DNA of 64,000 nt, taken from the NCBI RefSeq assembly GCF_006345805.1, contig NC_043009.1, forward strand, positions 58,218,001 to 58,282,000. The letters run 5' to 3'. This document shows positions 38,461 to 52,226 of the stretch, in pieces. Origin of the DNA: Octopus sinensis. Its lineage: Eukaryota. Numbering within the stretch: position 1 is the first letter of the stretch; each line of letters starts with the position of its first letter. Below the pieces are notes generated by a model. It ran no database searches. It worked only from the letters and a program-made list of their open reading frames with translations, and was not told the DNA's origin. The position numbers were made by a program, and so were the translations under genes.

Positions 38461-38891
38461 GTATTACCTGCTTTATGTTCTGTATTTAATATTTGAGCTG
38501 TATCAACATAAATTTCAAGGTTTCGTGATACATAATACGACAATAAAGAAACTCTAGTTTTATTGTATTCTGTATTTACAGAACATCAAATAGATAATCG
38601 TTTGTATCTGAAGGCCAGAACATATTGCAATATTCCAATAACTCGATATTAAATATTTAGATATTGTGGTTGTATTGCTCCAGTCAGCCTTCAGTGAGCA
38701 AACTTATAGTACGTACGTGGTTGAGCGAAATATTAGGTACGATACTCCGATATAATATTTCAAATACACCCAAACCTTCGTTACTTGAGCGTTACGAAGT
38801 ATTCTCCGAAAGTCTCTGGTTTACCGAATGAGTGGCACTGATAGTGTACGCATGTAGTCAGCCGAAATACTGTCGTCTTTATATCGACACA

Positions 38892-39194
38892 GAGTGGAGG
38901 CACATGGCCTAGTGGTTAGAGCAGCGGAGTTGCGGTCGTGGGATCGCGGGTTCGAATCTCAGACCGGACGATGTGTGTTTATGAGCGAAAACACCTAAGC
39001 TCCACGCGGCTCCAGCAGAAGGTAATGGCGAACTTCTGCTGACTCTTTCGCCCCAACTTTCTCTCACTCTTTCCTTTTGCATCTTGCAGCTCACCTGCGA
39101 CTGGCCGGCGTCCCATCCAGGTGGGGAACCTATACGCCAAGGAAACGGGGAAACCGGCCCTTATGAGCCAGGCATGGCTCGAGAAGGAACAAAC
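38892..39194 (+). mobile_element. SINE family C full-length (tail type 2) with 11-bp TSD
   Basis: A-box tggcctagtgg, B-box ggttcgaatct; TSD atatcgacaca at 38881-38891 and 39195-39205. Confidence 0.95.
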
Positions 39195-40376
39195 ATATCG
39201 ACACATGTTTGTCTTCGTAGATATAGGTTATCCTTGGTATAGATGAGTTCCACAACCATAAACTCTGAAAGTCAATGGTTTATCGTATAAGGTGCACTGA
39301 ACTACGGTGATGTGAAGGGCATTATTTAATTTCCCTTATTTTGTCTGTCGCTACCTTCTGAGTTCAAATTCCGCCGAAGTCGACTTTGTCTTTCACCCTT
39401 TCGGGGTCGATGAAATAAATACCACTTACGCACTGGGGTCGATGTAATCGACTAACCCCCACTCCATAAATTTTAGGCCTTGTGCCTATAATAGAAACGC
39501 TTATTTATTTTCCTTCCTGTTCAGTCTACTTCAGCATATTTTTGTTATTTTTCATTGCTGGTGTACACTCTAATAAAATAGTTTTATTGAAAGAGCCTTT
39601 AAATTAGTGACGTGTGTCTGTGGGAATGTATATGAGAAAGTGTGTACTATGTGTTGTATCTGCGTGAGAGAGAGAGAGAGAGAAATAGAGAGAGGCAGAG
39701 AGAGAGAGAGAGAAAGAGAGAGAAACTATGTGCATGGGGGGTGTTTGTTGTACTTGGGTGGTTTTTGTTATAGAGGCACAGTAAGACCATTGTGTTTTCT
39801 TAGTTCCCAGATGTTATATTATTTTGTTATTGCCGTGGTTGTTATTTAGTCACTGGCGTGCTGTGGCTATCTCGACTATACGCGTTACGAGGGAGACTTA
39901 ACTGCTAGTTCTTGGAAATCGAGAGACCACGTAGAAGCACCGTCGTTGGTTTTGTTGGTATTGAATTATTTTCGCGTGTCATCGTCTCTTAGAGTTTGGA
40001 ATTAATTCTCCATCTTCTGGCGTGTGTGTGTGTGTGCAAAGGAAGTTAATAATATAAAGGGAGATGTAATTCGCTGTAAGGGGTTTATTAGGATTTGATA
40101 TGATATGAAGAGATTAGAGGCCAGTGCAAGACTGACATCTAATTTGAGTGTTCTAATGTGAAATAAGATGGGTGCAGATAAAGCAACAAAGTGATGTCGA
40201 ATTTAATAATACTACCCGGCATTTTGGACAGGTATCTGCTACCATATTTCGAACTCAGACAAAGTCCAACAACAACTGTACAGGACAGTATTGTATGCAC
40301 ATACTCACACACACCGCAACAGTAGCAACCCATGTAGGTATATGTATATATGTACATATATATATATATATATATC

Positions 40377-40445
<69 letters not shown>

Positions 40446-40529
40446 GAGGGAATATTATTCCAAACTTACAGCAAAAAATTCAATTTAGAAATCTAATTCA
40501 AATTTCACAAAACATTATATATATATCCA

Positions 40530-41025
40530 ACGAAGCTACACGAAGAAGATAGCCTCTGTGCAGCATATAAGCTACTGGGAAAGACTTAAGAGATTAAGAC
40601 TCTATTCCTTAGAGTCGTAGGCGAGAAAGATATTACATAATATACATCTCGAAGATCCTGGAAGGACTTGTCCCAAACTTTGGCATCGAGAGTTACACAA
40701 ATACTAGAACTGGGCGCCAGTGCATGGTGCCAGTGGCTCCAAATTTGCCATCAGTGGTCCACAGCTCTTCAATATCCTCCTGAAGGACCTGAGAGACCTG
40801 CATGGGGTGGATGCAGATGTCTTTGAAATAAAACTGGATCTCTTCCTGTCAGGTGTCCCAGATGAACCAACTTCACGGCAGGAGGTGCAGATGAGGGCAG
40901 CTGCATCGAACTCTCTCATGCACCAAATGGCAATTGCTAAAAAGCATTCGTGAAGTAAAATCATGTAGCAACACCGAATGGCGGTGCCCCAGCATGGCCA
41001 CAGCTCGTGAGCTGAAACTAGATAA
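40530..41025 (+). mobile_element. CR1/L2-type LINE 3' end (ORF2 C-terminus + 3' UTR)
   Basis: QRSYTKKIASVQHISYWERLKRLRLYSLE/RRERY..IY..KILEGLVPNFG...GPQLFNILLKDLRDL...LDLFLSGVPDEP, then the tail ggcggtgccccagcatggccacagctcgtgagctg. Confidence 0.9.
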
Positions 41026-41074
<49 letters not shown>

Positions 41075-41193
41075 TGTTGTATTTAGGAATTGTCATTTTG
41101 CCAGTTTAGCCAATAAAAACACACGCACTATATATTTGGTGTTACTTTGCTTCAGTGTTATTTATTTTTTTACATTAATCTTAATCTTATTTC

Positions 41194-41237
41194 GGCCAGA
41201 GTTCTTTCGTCACACTCCTGTGACCTCATCAGTGGTC
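41194..41237 (-). ncRNA. Minimal type I hammerhead motif, canonical core
   Basis: Minus strand: GACCA-CUGAUGA-G-GUCACA(GGAG)UGUGAC-GAAA-GAACUC-UGGCC. 6-bp stem II, short stem I (CCA/UGG). Embedded in a short repeat at about 41065-41445. Confidence 0.7.
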
Positions 41238-41454
41238 CTTTGCTTTCTTCTTTCTTATTTGTGTGTCTCTCCTTATTAACGGTCAGCCATTTTGTATTTT
41301 GTATTTCTATTGAATGTGCCTTCATTTGCGTATGCGTATATTTCTATGTGCGTCTATGCTTAATTAGTGGGGTGGGGGTGCCTGCAATATTTGTATCTCC
41401 TGTTTATTAACCTTCGTGTCAAAATGCCTGAAACGTATAAAAGAATATATATAT

Positions 41455-41580
41455 TCATTTATTCTTTTGCTTGTTTCAGTCATTTGGCTGCGGCCATACT
41501 GGAGCGCCGCCTTTAATCGAACAAATCTACCCCAGGACTTATTCTTTGAAAGCCTAGTACTTATTCTATGGGGCTTTTGA
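41455..41580 (-). mobile_element. SINE family A 3' tail
   Basis: cttgtttcagtcatttggctgcggccata...ccccaggacttattctttg. Confidence 0.85.
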
Positions 41581-41915
41581 TATGTATATATATATGTTAA
41601 GCAGAACAGTTATGCTGACAAATGAGAACTTAAATAATTTGGATAGATGAATTGTTTATCTCCCATAAAACCAATGGTTCGGTGCAATGAAAGTACTATA
41701 ATGGGAATGACACGAAAAGAAAATAATTACGGATTCGATTTAACAAAACTACGGATGTAGTTTAATGACGATTGCAATTAAAAGACTAAAAGAGAACACA
41801 CACACATACACTTGCAGTTATATAATCTATTCATACATACAAGCATCATTTATAGATATAAACACCCACTCATATAAGCGTTCATGTTATAAGCATGTAT
41901 AAGCATATATATATA

Positions 41916-42003
<88 letters not shown>

Positions 42004-42659
42004 AGTATATAGATATACATATGTTATACATACATGCAAAGTGGTACACCAACATAGCCGTAGTCTAATGACTTAAACAAGAAAAAGATATACATATACA
42101 CACATGCACACTTGCGGACACACATATACACAAGCATATATATATACATACGTGAGTGTGTGTATATATGTGTATGCATGTGCATATATTGCCAATGTGA
42201 ACAAGCACAGTTTTATGAAATCTAAAATGCAACTCTTAGTATTCAAACGAATTGCCCTGATGATATTTGTTCGGCAACGAGTCTTACAAGTACACACATT
42301 CCATAAACGCAGCCACAACCAGCCCTGCCTCTCAGTAAGGAAATTCAGTGAGTTAAATATTTGTCTCTTCTGAAATAAACATGTAACCTTTAGTCACGGA
42401 AATATCGTGTACCCCAACTGCGTCACAAAATAAACGGGGCACATAAAGATCTCGTCGTGCACCGAATGTTATTGTCTGAGTTGTGTCGATGAAATATTTT
42501 ACCGCTGTGTGGTGAGTCTATGTCTGTTTGTATATGGAAGTTTTCTTTTTAATATATTGAAATATATTAATATTTGCTTTCCTGTAATTTGTCGATGTCT
42601 AGACCTTCCCCTTGGCACCGGTATATACACGAAGACACAATTTACATTACAACGTGTCT

Positions 42660-43190
<531 letters not shown>

Positions 43191-43420
43191 TTTGCTTTTA
43201 CGAATCTGACGCCGTCTCTTTCATAACTGTTTATAAATCTTCCTCTGACCACAATCACTACATTTTGAGCAAACACTACATTTTTTTCTTTCACAATATC
43301 TCTTATTGTTTCCCTCGCTGTTATGCAACCCGCAAAAACCGAAAATCTTTCCTTTCTCTTCAAGGCTTCTACATCCCCATATACACAAATAAACACACAA
43401 TACACATCCACAACGATAAA

Positions 43421-43885
43421 GTTTTAGTACACTAGGCAACGATACAGTTTTAGTAGAGTTGTAGCACATTAGGCAACGATACACTTTTAGCACACTAGAC
43501 AACAATACAGTTTTAGCACACTAGAAGACAATACAGTTTTAGTACATTAGGCAACAATGCAGTTTTAGCACATTAGGCAACGATACAGTTTTAGTACAGT
43601 TGTAGCACATTAGGCAACGATACACTTTTAGCACACTAGACAACAATACAGTTTTAGCACACTAGAAAACAATACAGTTTTAGTACATTAGGCAACAATG
43701 CAGTTTTAGCACACTAAGCAACGATACAGTTTTAGCACAGTTGTAGCACATTAGACATCGATACAGTTTTAGCACACTAGACAACAGTACAGTTTTAGTA
43801 CGTTAGGCAACAATGCAGTTTTAGCACATTAGGCAACGACGTAGTTTTAGTATTGTTTTAGCACACAAGGCAACGATACAGTTAC
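43421..43885. repeat. Minisatellite, 26-bp monomer with a 141-bp higher-order repeat
   Basis: Monomer tacagttttagcacactagacaacaa. The marker gatacagttttag.a.agttgtagc recurs at 43441, 43582 and 43723. Confidence 0.95.
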
Positions 43886-44149
43886 AGTTTTTTTTGTTCT
43901 CCTGCGTATACGTATCTATTTCATTCTTGATATAACAAATCATTGGTGAAGATGGTTGTATATTTATGACTGGATGTAGCAAATACATTGATGTTTGTGA
44001 GGTGGCAGTTTTTTTTTGTTGCTAGTAGAAATCAGTTTATTTACATTTTAATTTTAAGGACTCCTTATTTTATACTCACGGACATACATGCATAGAAGAT
44101 ATACAGTTAAGTACACCTGCTCAAACGAACGCACGTATATTGTTTTACG

Positions 44150-44345
44150 CTGTTATTCTTTTATTGGTTTCAGTCATCTGTCTGCGGCCATGCTGGATCA
44201 TCTCCGTAACGAGGTTTTAGTCGAAGAAATCGACCACATGACTTATTCTTTGTAAGCTTAGTACTTATTCTATCGGTCTCTTTTGCCAAACCACTAGTTT
44301 ACGGTGACATAAACACAACAACAATGATTCTCAAGCGATGGTGGA
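44150..44345 (-). mobile_element. SINE family A 3' half
   Basis: tttcagtcatctgtctgcggccatgc...gacttattctttgtaagcttagtacttattctatcggtctc. Confidence 0.85.
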
Positions 44346-44370
44346 GAGATAAACACGGACACACACACAT

Positions 44371-44405
<35 letters not shown>

Positions 44406-44621
44406 ATCCCCCTACACACACATACACACACACATACACACACACATATATATATATACATGCATACATATATATATATCCAACTTATAAACAAGGGCAA
44501 AAGGAAAATTAATTCCATCCCAATATGCTGATAACAGACTTTAAATCGTAATTTCCACATATCATTATACACTCACTATAATACACGTCGTGCTGAAATC
44601 AGGGAAGCTAGCGTATGTATA

Positions 44622-44836
<215 letters not shown>

Positions 44837-45229
44837 GCACACATAAACATATGCACATGCTTGAATATGCATACACGCAGAAACACATGGCCACACACAC
44901 ATGCACAAAAAATGTACATTCAAAGATGTTATAAGAATCCCATAATTACAAACATACGTTGCATATTTACAAACTTAAATACATATGCAGACACACAATC
45001 ATACATACACATACATGCAAGTATAGAAATCGCATATACACATACATGTATATATATATATGTGTGTTATTTTATACTGAGACGTAAAAATTGTGTCAGA
45101 TATATACAGGCAATTGCTAAAAAAACTGTTATACACACTCATATAACAGCACAGTTTGAACACAAACAGAAATTATAGATAAATACCCGGGTATTAACAC
45201 CCAAGCCCCGCTCTTCCCCACCCCATCCC

Positions 45230-45463
45230 ACACACACTATCACCATTACCACTACTACCACAACTACCACCACTACTACTATCATTGTCACTACCCTCAC
45301 CATTACTATAATCACCGCCATGTGCATTGCAACTACCGCCATTCTATTACTGCCTCTGTCGGCTCCGCTACCTCAGTGGTTCCTACTTCTTTTCCTCCTC
45401 CTCCACCACCACCTGCTACTACTACTACTAATACTACTACTACTAATACTACTACTACAACTG

Positions 45464-45501
<38 letters not shown>

Positions 45502-46105
45502 GCTTCTACTACTACTGCTACTACTACGACTACCACCACCACCACAACCATCACCACTTCCACCACCACCACCACCACCACCACCACCACTACTACTACT
45601 ACTACTACCTGTCCACCTCCTCCTCGTCCTTGCCATCGTTACCAGCTTCAGCAGCACATCGTCACCATCACCGCCGTCACCGTCTTCGTCGCCAACAACA
45701 TCGTCACAACCTCTCCACGACCGCTTTCGTCATGGTCGTCATGGTCGTCATGGCCGTCTTCGTTGTAGTCATGACGACAACGATGACCACCACCTCCGCC
45801 ATAAACTACACTGCATCAACAACATCATCAACATAAACGTCTTCAACACAATTGTTACCACCAGCCCGACCACAACCTTCATCATCATCATCATCATCAT
45901 CATCAACAACAATATTATAATCATCATCATTATCCTCATCATCAACATCACCATCATCGTCGTCGTCATAGTTGTCGACATCATCATCACCACCACTACC
46001 ACCGCACCATGCACATCATCATCCATGGAAAAGAGAACGACAGACATCCCCCCACTTCCTCCTCCACCTCCTCCTCCTCCTCCTCATCATCATCATCATC
46101 ATTAG
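45230..46105. repeat. Long compound trinucleotide region (ACT, ACC, CAT, CCT)
   Basis: Direct reading; the source of the Thr-rich and hydrophobic pseudo-ORFs. Confidence 0.9.
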
Positions 46106-46313
46106 CATTAATGTATGTAATCTTTTCTGGTAGTGTGGGTTGGCTGGGTATGCACTCTTACGTATCACATCTCGTCTTCATTCTGTGTTTTCTCATCCGT
46201 GCGTCCTACTTTCTTGAGATAATTCCTTCACATATTCTTAATTCATCTTTTTTCTCCTTTCTTTCGCTTTCCCTAATCTTACTGCGAAGTTTTTAAGCCT
46301 TTCCTACATTCCG

Positions 46314-46392
<79 letters not shown>

Positions 46393-46785
46393 GTCTGTCT
46401 GTCTATCCACCAATCAAGCTGCATGTCTGTCTACTTGTGCTATCATATGTATGTATGCTTGTGTATACATATATATATAGATATACATACACACAGACAC
46501 ACAGACACACACATATATATATATATATATATATGTATGTATATAGGTAGACATACGCATGCATATATGTATATATATATATATATATATACACGTATAC
46601 ACAAACATACATTACATGCTTACATACATGTGTGTGTGCATAATGTAACTGTCAGACCTCTATATTCTCTGTATAATGGTATCTTCTCATTCAAACACAC
46701 ACAGATACCTACACAATTCATACATACACACACAAAGGCAAATGCCTACGTGGACACCACACGCCTATGTATATATATATATATA

Positions 46786-46825
<40 letters not shown>

Positions 46826-47651
46826 TATATATTTATATATATATGTAAATGCATATATATATATATATATATATGCATATAAGTCCGTAAAATTTATTCG
46901 CTCGTGTTCTGATATTTTGGGGGTTTTGTGGTGTTTTTTTTATATTTTCCTTCTATATTTCCCCTAGTTTTTTCATAGCTTGATGATTGAAGTATTTCCG
47001 CTCGATTTCCATCAGTTTTATTCTCTGCCCCAATCAGCTTTTTATCCGACTCCATTCGGCTTTAGTCGCCTTTACTCGTGCAAATATCAACGTAGAAAGC
47101 CAACCGAACACTGGACGCTATGGCCTGTGAGATAAGATCTAACAGCTCAGTGATTTTCCAGTCTCCACGCACGAAAGATGTAAGTGAACTAAAGGGAGAT
47201 AACTGCGAAAGCTAAACGAGCGTCAGGTCTTTATAGAAAATTTTAAATCATCTCTTGAAGTTAAGCATTTACTGAAGCGAATCTTCGAAATTGAATGCTG
47301 TATCTGTAAGGTAATGCATGTAAGTCAATATATGTGTAGGCCTGTGTCCAATAGCGACTATGTATGTGTGTGTTTATACGTAGTTGTGTCAGTATGTACG
47401 AGATTGTGCGTTTTTGTGTCTGTGTATATGTGTGTATGTTTTACTATACGTTTGTGTGAATGAGTGATGTGTGCATGTATATGTATAAGTGAAGAAATAC
47501 AGGTTGATGTCAAATACTTTCATTGAATCAGAAGTACTTCGATTTAATTTTAAAAACAAATTTTCGATGATCTGTGATTGTGTGACGGTTATAATTTACA
47601 CACGTGATTCGTTGAATAACAATCCCATGTATGTATGTATGTATGTGTGTA

Positions 47652-47682
<31 letters not shown>

Positions 47683-48254
47683 ATGTATGTATGTATGTAT
47701 GTATGTATGTATGTGTGTATGTATGTGTATGTATGTATGTATGTATGTATGTATGTATGTATGCATGCATGTATGTATGTATGTATGTATATATGTATGC
47801 ATGTATATATATATATATGCATGTATGTATGGATGGATTTAGGCATGTATTTATGTATGTGTGCATGTACGTCCGTACGTGTGTGTGTATGCATGTATTT
47901 ATGCAATTATGAATGTATCAATTTACGTATGTATGTATTAAGGTATATAAGTACGTATGTATGTATGCGACTCTATATGTATATATGCATTTATGTATGT
48001 AATTATTTATGTATGGATTTATGTATGAATTTGTGTGTGTATGCATGTATGTATGCAATTATGTATGTATCCATTTATGTATGTGTTTATGTATATATGT
48101 AAGTATGTATGTATGTAATTATATATATGTATATGTATTTACGTATGTAAGTATCTATGTATGTATGGATGTATGCATTCGTGTATGTATGTATGTATGT
48201 ATGTATGTATCTATCTAACTATCCATCTATCTATTCATCAATGTACCTACATGG

Positions 48255-48425
48255 CACTGCCATTCCGTTACGACGACGTGGGTTCCAGTTGATCCGATCA
48301 CCGGAACATCCTGCTCGTGAAATTAACGTGCAAGTGGCTGAGTACTCCACAGACACGTGTACCCTTAACGTAGTTCTCAGTGAGATTCAGCGTGACTCAA
48401 ATTGTAAGAAAGCTGGTCCCTTTTA
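48255..48425 (-). mobile_element. Retroposon 3' tail of probable RTE type (second copy at 49450-49595)
   Basis: cagttgatccgatca.cggaaca...cacagacacgtgtacccttaacgtagttctc occurs at both loci; the second lies 3' of the RTE relic. Confidence 0.6.
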
Positions 48426-48736
48426 AATACAGGTACAACTCCTTTTTGCCAGCTGAGCAACGGGAAAAAAAGTGTCATTCTCATGGACAATGCGCATCAC
48501 CGGGGATCGAACACCCAGACCACCTAGCCACGCGCCTTCGCTGTGCCTACATATGTATTCGCAAACAGACAGACACACACACACACAAGCACGCCGACAC
48601 ACTCATATAAACAAATCAATGGTGGTTTAAGTTTGTTGCATTTCTTTCGAGAGAAATTGATTAACGTACTTGTAAAAAATTACATCTTATGTATAAACTA
48701 CCAACCTAATCAGGTGTCATTTAATTTATATATATA

Positions 48737-49150
48737 GGCACAGGACTGGCTGTGTGGTAAGTAGCTTGCTTACGAACCACATGGTTCCGGGTTCAGTTCC
48801 ACTGCGTGGCACCTTGGTCAGGTGTCTTCTACTGTAGCCTTGGGATGACCAAAGCCTTGTGAGTCGATTTGGTGGACGGAAACTGAAAGAAGCCCTTCGT
48901 ATATATGTATATGTATGTGTGTCTGTGTGTTTGTGTGTCTGTGTTTGCCCCCCCCCCCCACCCAAACATCGCTTGACAACCGATGCTGGTGTGTTTACAT
49001 CACCGTAACTTAGCGGTTCGGCAAAATAAACCCATAGAATTAGTACTAGGCTTACAAAGAATAAGTCCTGCGGTTGATTTCCTCCACTAAAGGCGGTATT
49101 TCAGCATGGCCGCAGTCAAATGACTGAACCAAGTAAAAGAGAAAAAGAGT
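48737..49150 (+). mobile_element. SINE family A full-length
   Basis: Complete head, CORE-like segment, internal SSR and cagtcaaatgactg tail. Confidence 0.93.
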
Positions 49151-50004
49151 ATATTGTTGTTGCTGGAATCCTTTTGTCTCGAGAGTTGCGCATCTGGAGA
49201 GGCAAGTCGAAGTTTCCTCTCCACTTTTGCGCAGGCCAGTGTTAGATATAAAAACTCGAGGGTTAACCCAATCGTCAGTATTCATCCCTTGACCTTGCTG
49301 ACGTAGTCCAAATGAGTGTAGAGCATTACCTTTGGCACCAGCTTGGTTGCAGCAGCTGCCTCAAGAGTGTCGAGTCGACTACGGCGCTCCACTCCGGATT
49401 TCTTTGAAGGTTGCCTCCTTTCCGTAACGCTAGAGGTTACGGCCTCGAGGTTTCTAGTTGATCTGATCAACGGGACAGCTCTCACGTGACATTAATATCT
49501 AAGTAGCTGAGCATTCCCCACAGACACATGTACCCTTAACGTACTTCTCAGGGAGATTTAGAGTGACACAGAAGGTGACAAGGCCGGCCCTTTGACATAC
49601 ACACACACACACAGAAATATACACAATCAGGCACACACACACACGCAGACACACACGCGCGCGCACACACACACACGCACACACATACACACACACACAC
49701 ATATATATATATATATGTATATGAAATGTCTGAGAGAGTGATATGAAAGCATTGGTCAAGTAGTGTTCAGAGAAATCCGATCATTAAACACGAAATACTA
49801 CATCACACGGCTGTAGTCAAATAGTTGGAAAATTCAAGTAAGCGAACAATCAATATCGAGTGCATAACGAAGAAGTATAACGGACAAACAAATAAAACTT
49901 TTATTTGCGAAATACCTGTGCGTGTAAGAAGCACATCCGGATTTTGCTTCATAACGCTTGTTACAATACGTATCCAATTTTTGGGTGGTTTGCGCGATTC
50001 TTTT

Positions 50005-50470
50005 CCACCTTTGCCTTAATCGTTTAAGTAAACGATTTTCCCATTATTTGGGAGGCTTTCCGATCGGTCTTTCCAAATTCTTGGGCACCACTTATAAATG
50101 CAGGGATCTGCTTTCTCTCTGAGAAACTTGTCACAAGTACGGCCAAGAGAACATTGTGATTTCTATATTCTAATATAATTCAGGTCGTTCACTTCCTGTT
50201 TCTGATAAACTCCTGCAATAATAACTCCCGTATAGATCTTTCCATGGCCCTTCGTGACGTAGGCAATCGACTTTATTCCCACTTCGTAGTAACTGATGTT
50301 TCACGGGTAAATAAAAGTTGAGATAGGACTGCTATTGAAGTGTCTGGCAGTAAGGGATTGTCTAGCTTTGCTTTGAGACCATAAATTGAGTTAAACGCCT
50401 TTCCTAGTGTCCTTATTCTCCTCGTGAAAATATGGACAAGAATTAAGGCATATTCTTTGTACTCTCCAAA
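50005..50470 (-). mobile_element. RTE-clade LINE ORF C-terminal relic
   Basis: RRIRTLGKAFNSIYGLKAKLDNPL...ETSVTTKWE*SRL..SRRAMERS...ERPIGKPPK*WE, matching the RTE post-RT region (RRI..GW.AF...SETW...QRAMERS...RP.GRPP.RW). Confidence 0.8.
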
Positions 50471-50870
50471 TAAATGTCCCCTTTGACTACTCAAGATGTT
50501 ATATCTCTACTATCGTCACCTACAAAAGTTCCGAATGACAAGGCGAGCAACAAGGACATATCATCCTTCGAAGCTCTTCCTCCCATGTCTAGAAGTGGTC
50601 GGCAGAGACCTAGAATGGAGGAGTGGCGTAAGTATGAACGACAAACAACTAAAATACTACCTGTCGAAATGACATCCTATTCATCACCGAGGCTATAGAT
50701 TAGCTGCAGACATAATTCAACAGTCATAGCTTACTCGTAGCTGTAAGAATGAACCGCATAAAGTGAAAACAGAATTTATGAAATCTGAAGATGGAGACCA
50801 AGTCGGAAGAGAATGGGAAGCGATGAAAACTTGTAGGTGACGTTGTCTGTCTTATTAGCGTATATATATG

Positions 50871-50937
<67 letters not shown>

Positions 50938-51163
50938 TATATATATATCTATATATATATATATATATATAATATATATATATACTTATATACATATACA
51001 TATATGCATATATATACATAAACAACGGGCTTCTTTCAGCTTCCGTTTACCAAATCCACTTATAAGGCCCGAGGCTATAATGGAAGACAATTGCCTAATG
51101 TGACAGGCATGGGACTGACCCGGAACCATGCGGTTAGGAAGCAAGCTTCTTGTCCATATATAT

Positions 51164-51205
<42 letters not shown>

Positions 51206-51439
51206 CATATATATATATATTATTATGCGTGTGTATATATGAGTGTGTGATATCTGTGACTATAGAGTCGTATGCGATTGTACATCTCGGTCACTAGGGA
51301 GAATCATCGGCATGTTAGATAAGATGGGGTTGACTGGGGTGGGAGTGAGGGGTTCTTCTGTTGTTTTTTTCTCTTTTTTTATTTTTGGTAGTCTGCCTTC
51401 TCAATGGAATTAAGGCCTGGAATATCGAGTGAGGTTGTA

Positions 51440-52090
51440 AGTCGATTACATTCACCTTCACTCATCAATTGTCACTTATTTTATTGACTGCGGAAGGATG
51501 AAAGCCAAAATCGATCCGGGCAGCATTTGATCTGAGAACACAAAATCAGAGAAAAAAGAAAAAAATGCCGCTGAACACTTCCCTGGGTGCGGTAACGATT
51601 CTGACCGTTCGCCACCTTTCTCAGTTGAAATATTAGCACGATCTTCCTTCATCCGGAGCGGAACGCAATTCAGTGAAGGTACAATACTCCCTCTCCCTTT
51701 CGCTCTCCACACACTCTCCCGCCTCCTCTTGCCCCATGTAGTGCTCTCTCTGTCTCTCTGTCTCTCTGTCTTTCTCTTTCTCTTTCACGTTCTATAGTTG
51801 CCATATTCAGTATGTTATACCAAAATAAATGTGGGAGATAGGAGTCGGGAGACCTTAATTCCGGCGGTAGCAACAGACAGTGAAATTATGTGTGTGTGTG
51901 TGTGTTGGAGGGGGCGAGGGAGCATTCGATTTCATCGACTCCAGTGTTTCGTTGGTTCTTAATTTATCGACACCAAGAGGACAACAAGCAAAGCCGACCT
52001 CTGTGGAATTTGAACCCAGAACGTAGCGACGGGCGAAATACTGCTAAGCATTTCGTCCAGCTTGCTAACGATTCTGCCAATCTCGCCGCC
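51440..52090 (-). mobile_element. Two SINE family B copies (51440-51615 and 51920-52090)
   Basis: Reverse complements of the family B head and central domain. Confidence 0.8.
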
Positions 52091-52171
52091 TTAAATGGTA
52101 GAATAAGGACCAAAATAAATAACAGAAGAAGCTTACACGTGACCATTTTATCTTCGTTTGTGATATATAGA

Positions 52172-52226
<55 letters not shown>

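Noticed and set aside
38825-38875. ccgaatgag...cagccgaaatac hammerhead-like string
   Set aside because: The core spacing is wrong and the stems are unconvincing; at best a heavily decayed relic.
38892-38965. tRNA genes at SINE heads (also 54565-54635, 17880-17948)
   Set aside because: A/B boxes are present, but acceptor and anticodon stems do not pair and the sequence continues into SINE bodies.
43421-43885. CRISPR-like regular array
   Set aside because: There are no unique spacers, the monomers are contiguous, the context is eukaryotic and no cas genes are present.
45322-45768. Mucin-like Thr-rich ORF ending in SWSSWSSW (TSP1-like)
   Set aside because: It is explained by (ACT)n/(ACC)n tracts and a triple tcatggtcg repeat; TSP1 cysteines and arginines are absent.
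49255-49280. Minus-strand CUGACGA followed by a GGG/CCC hairpin
   Set aside because: No GAAA follows the stem.
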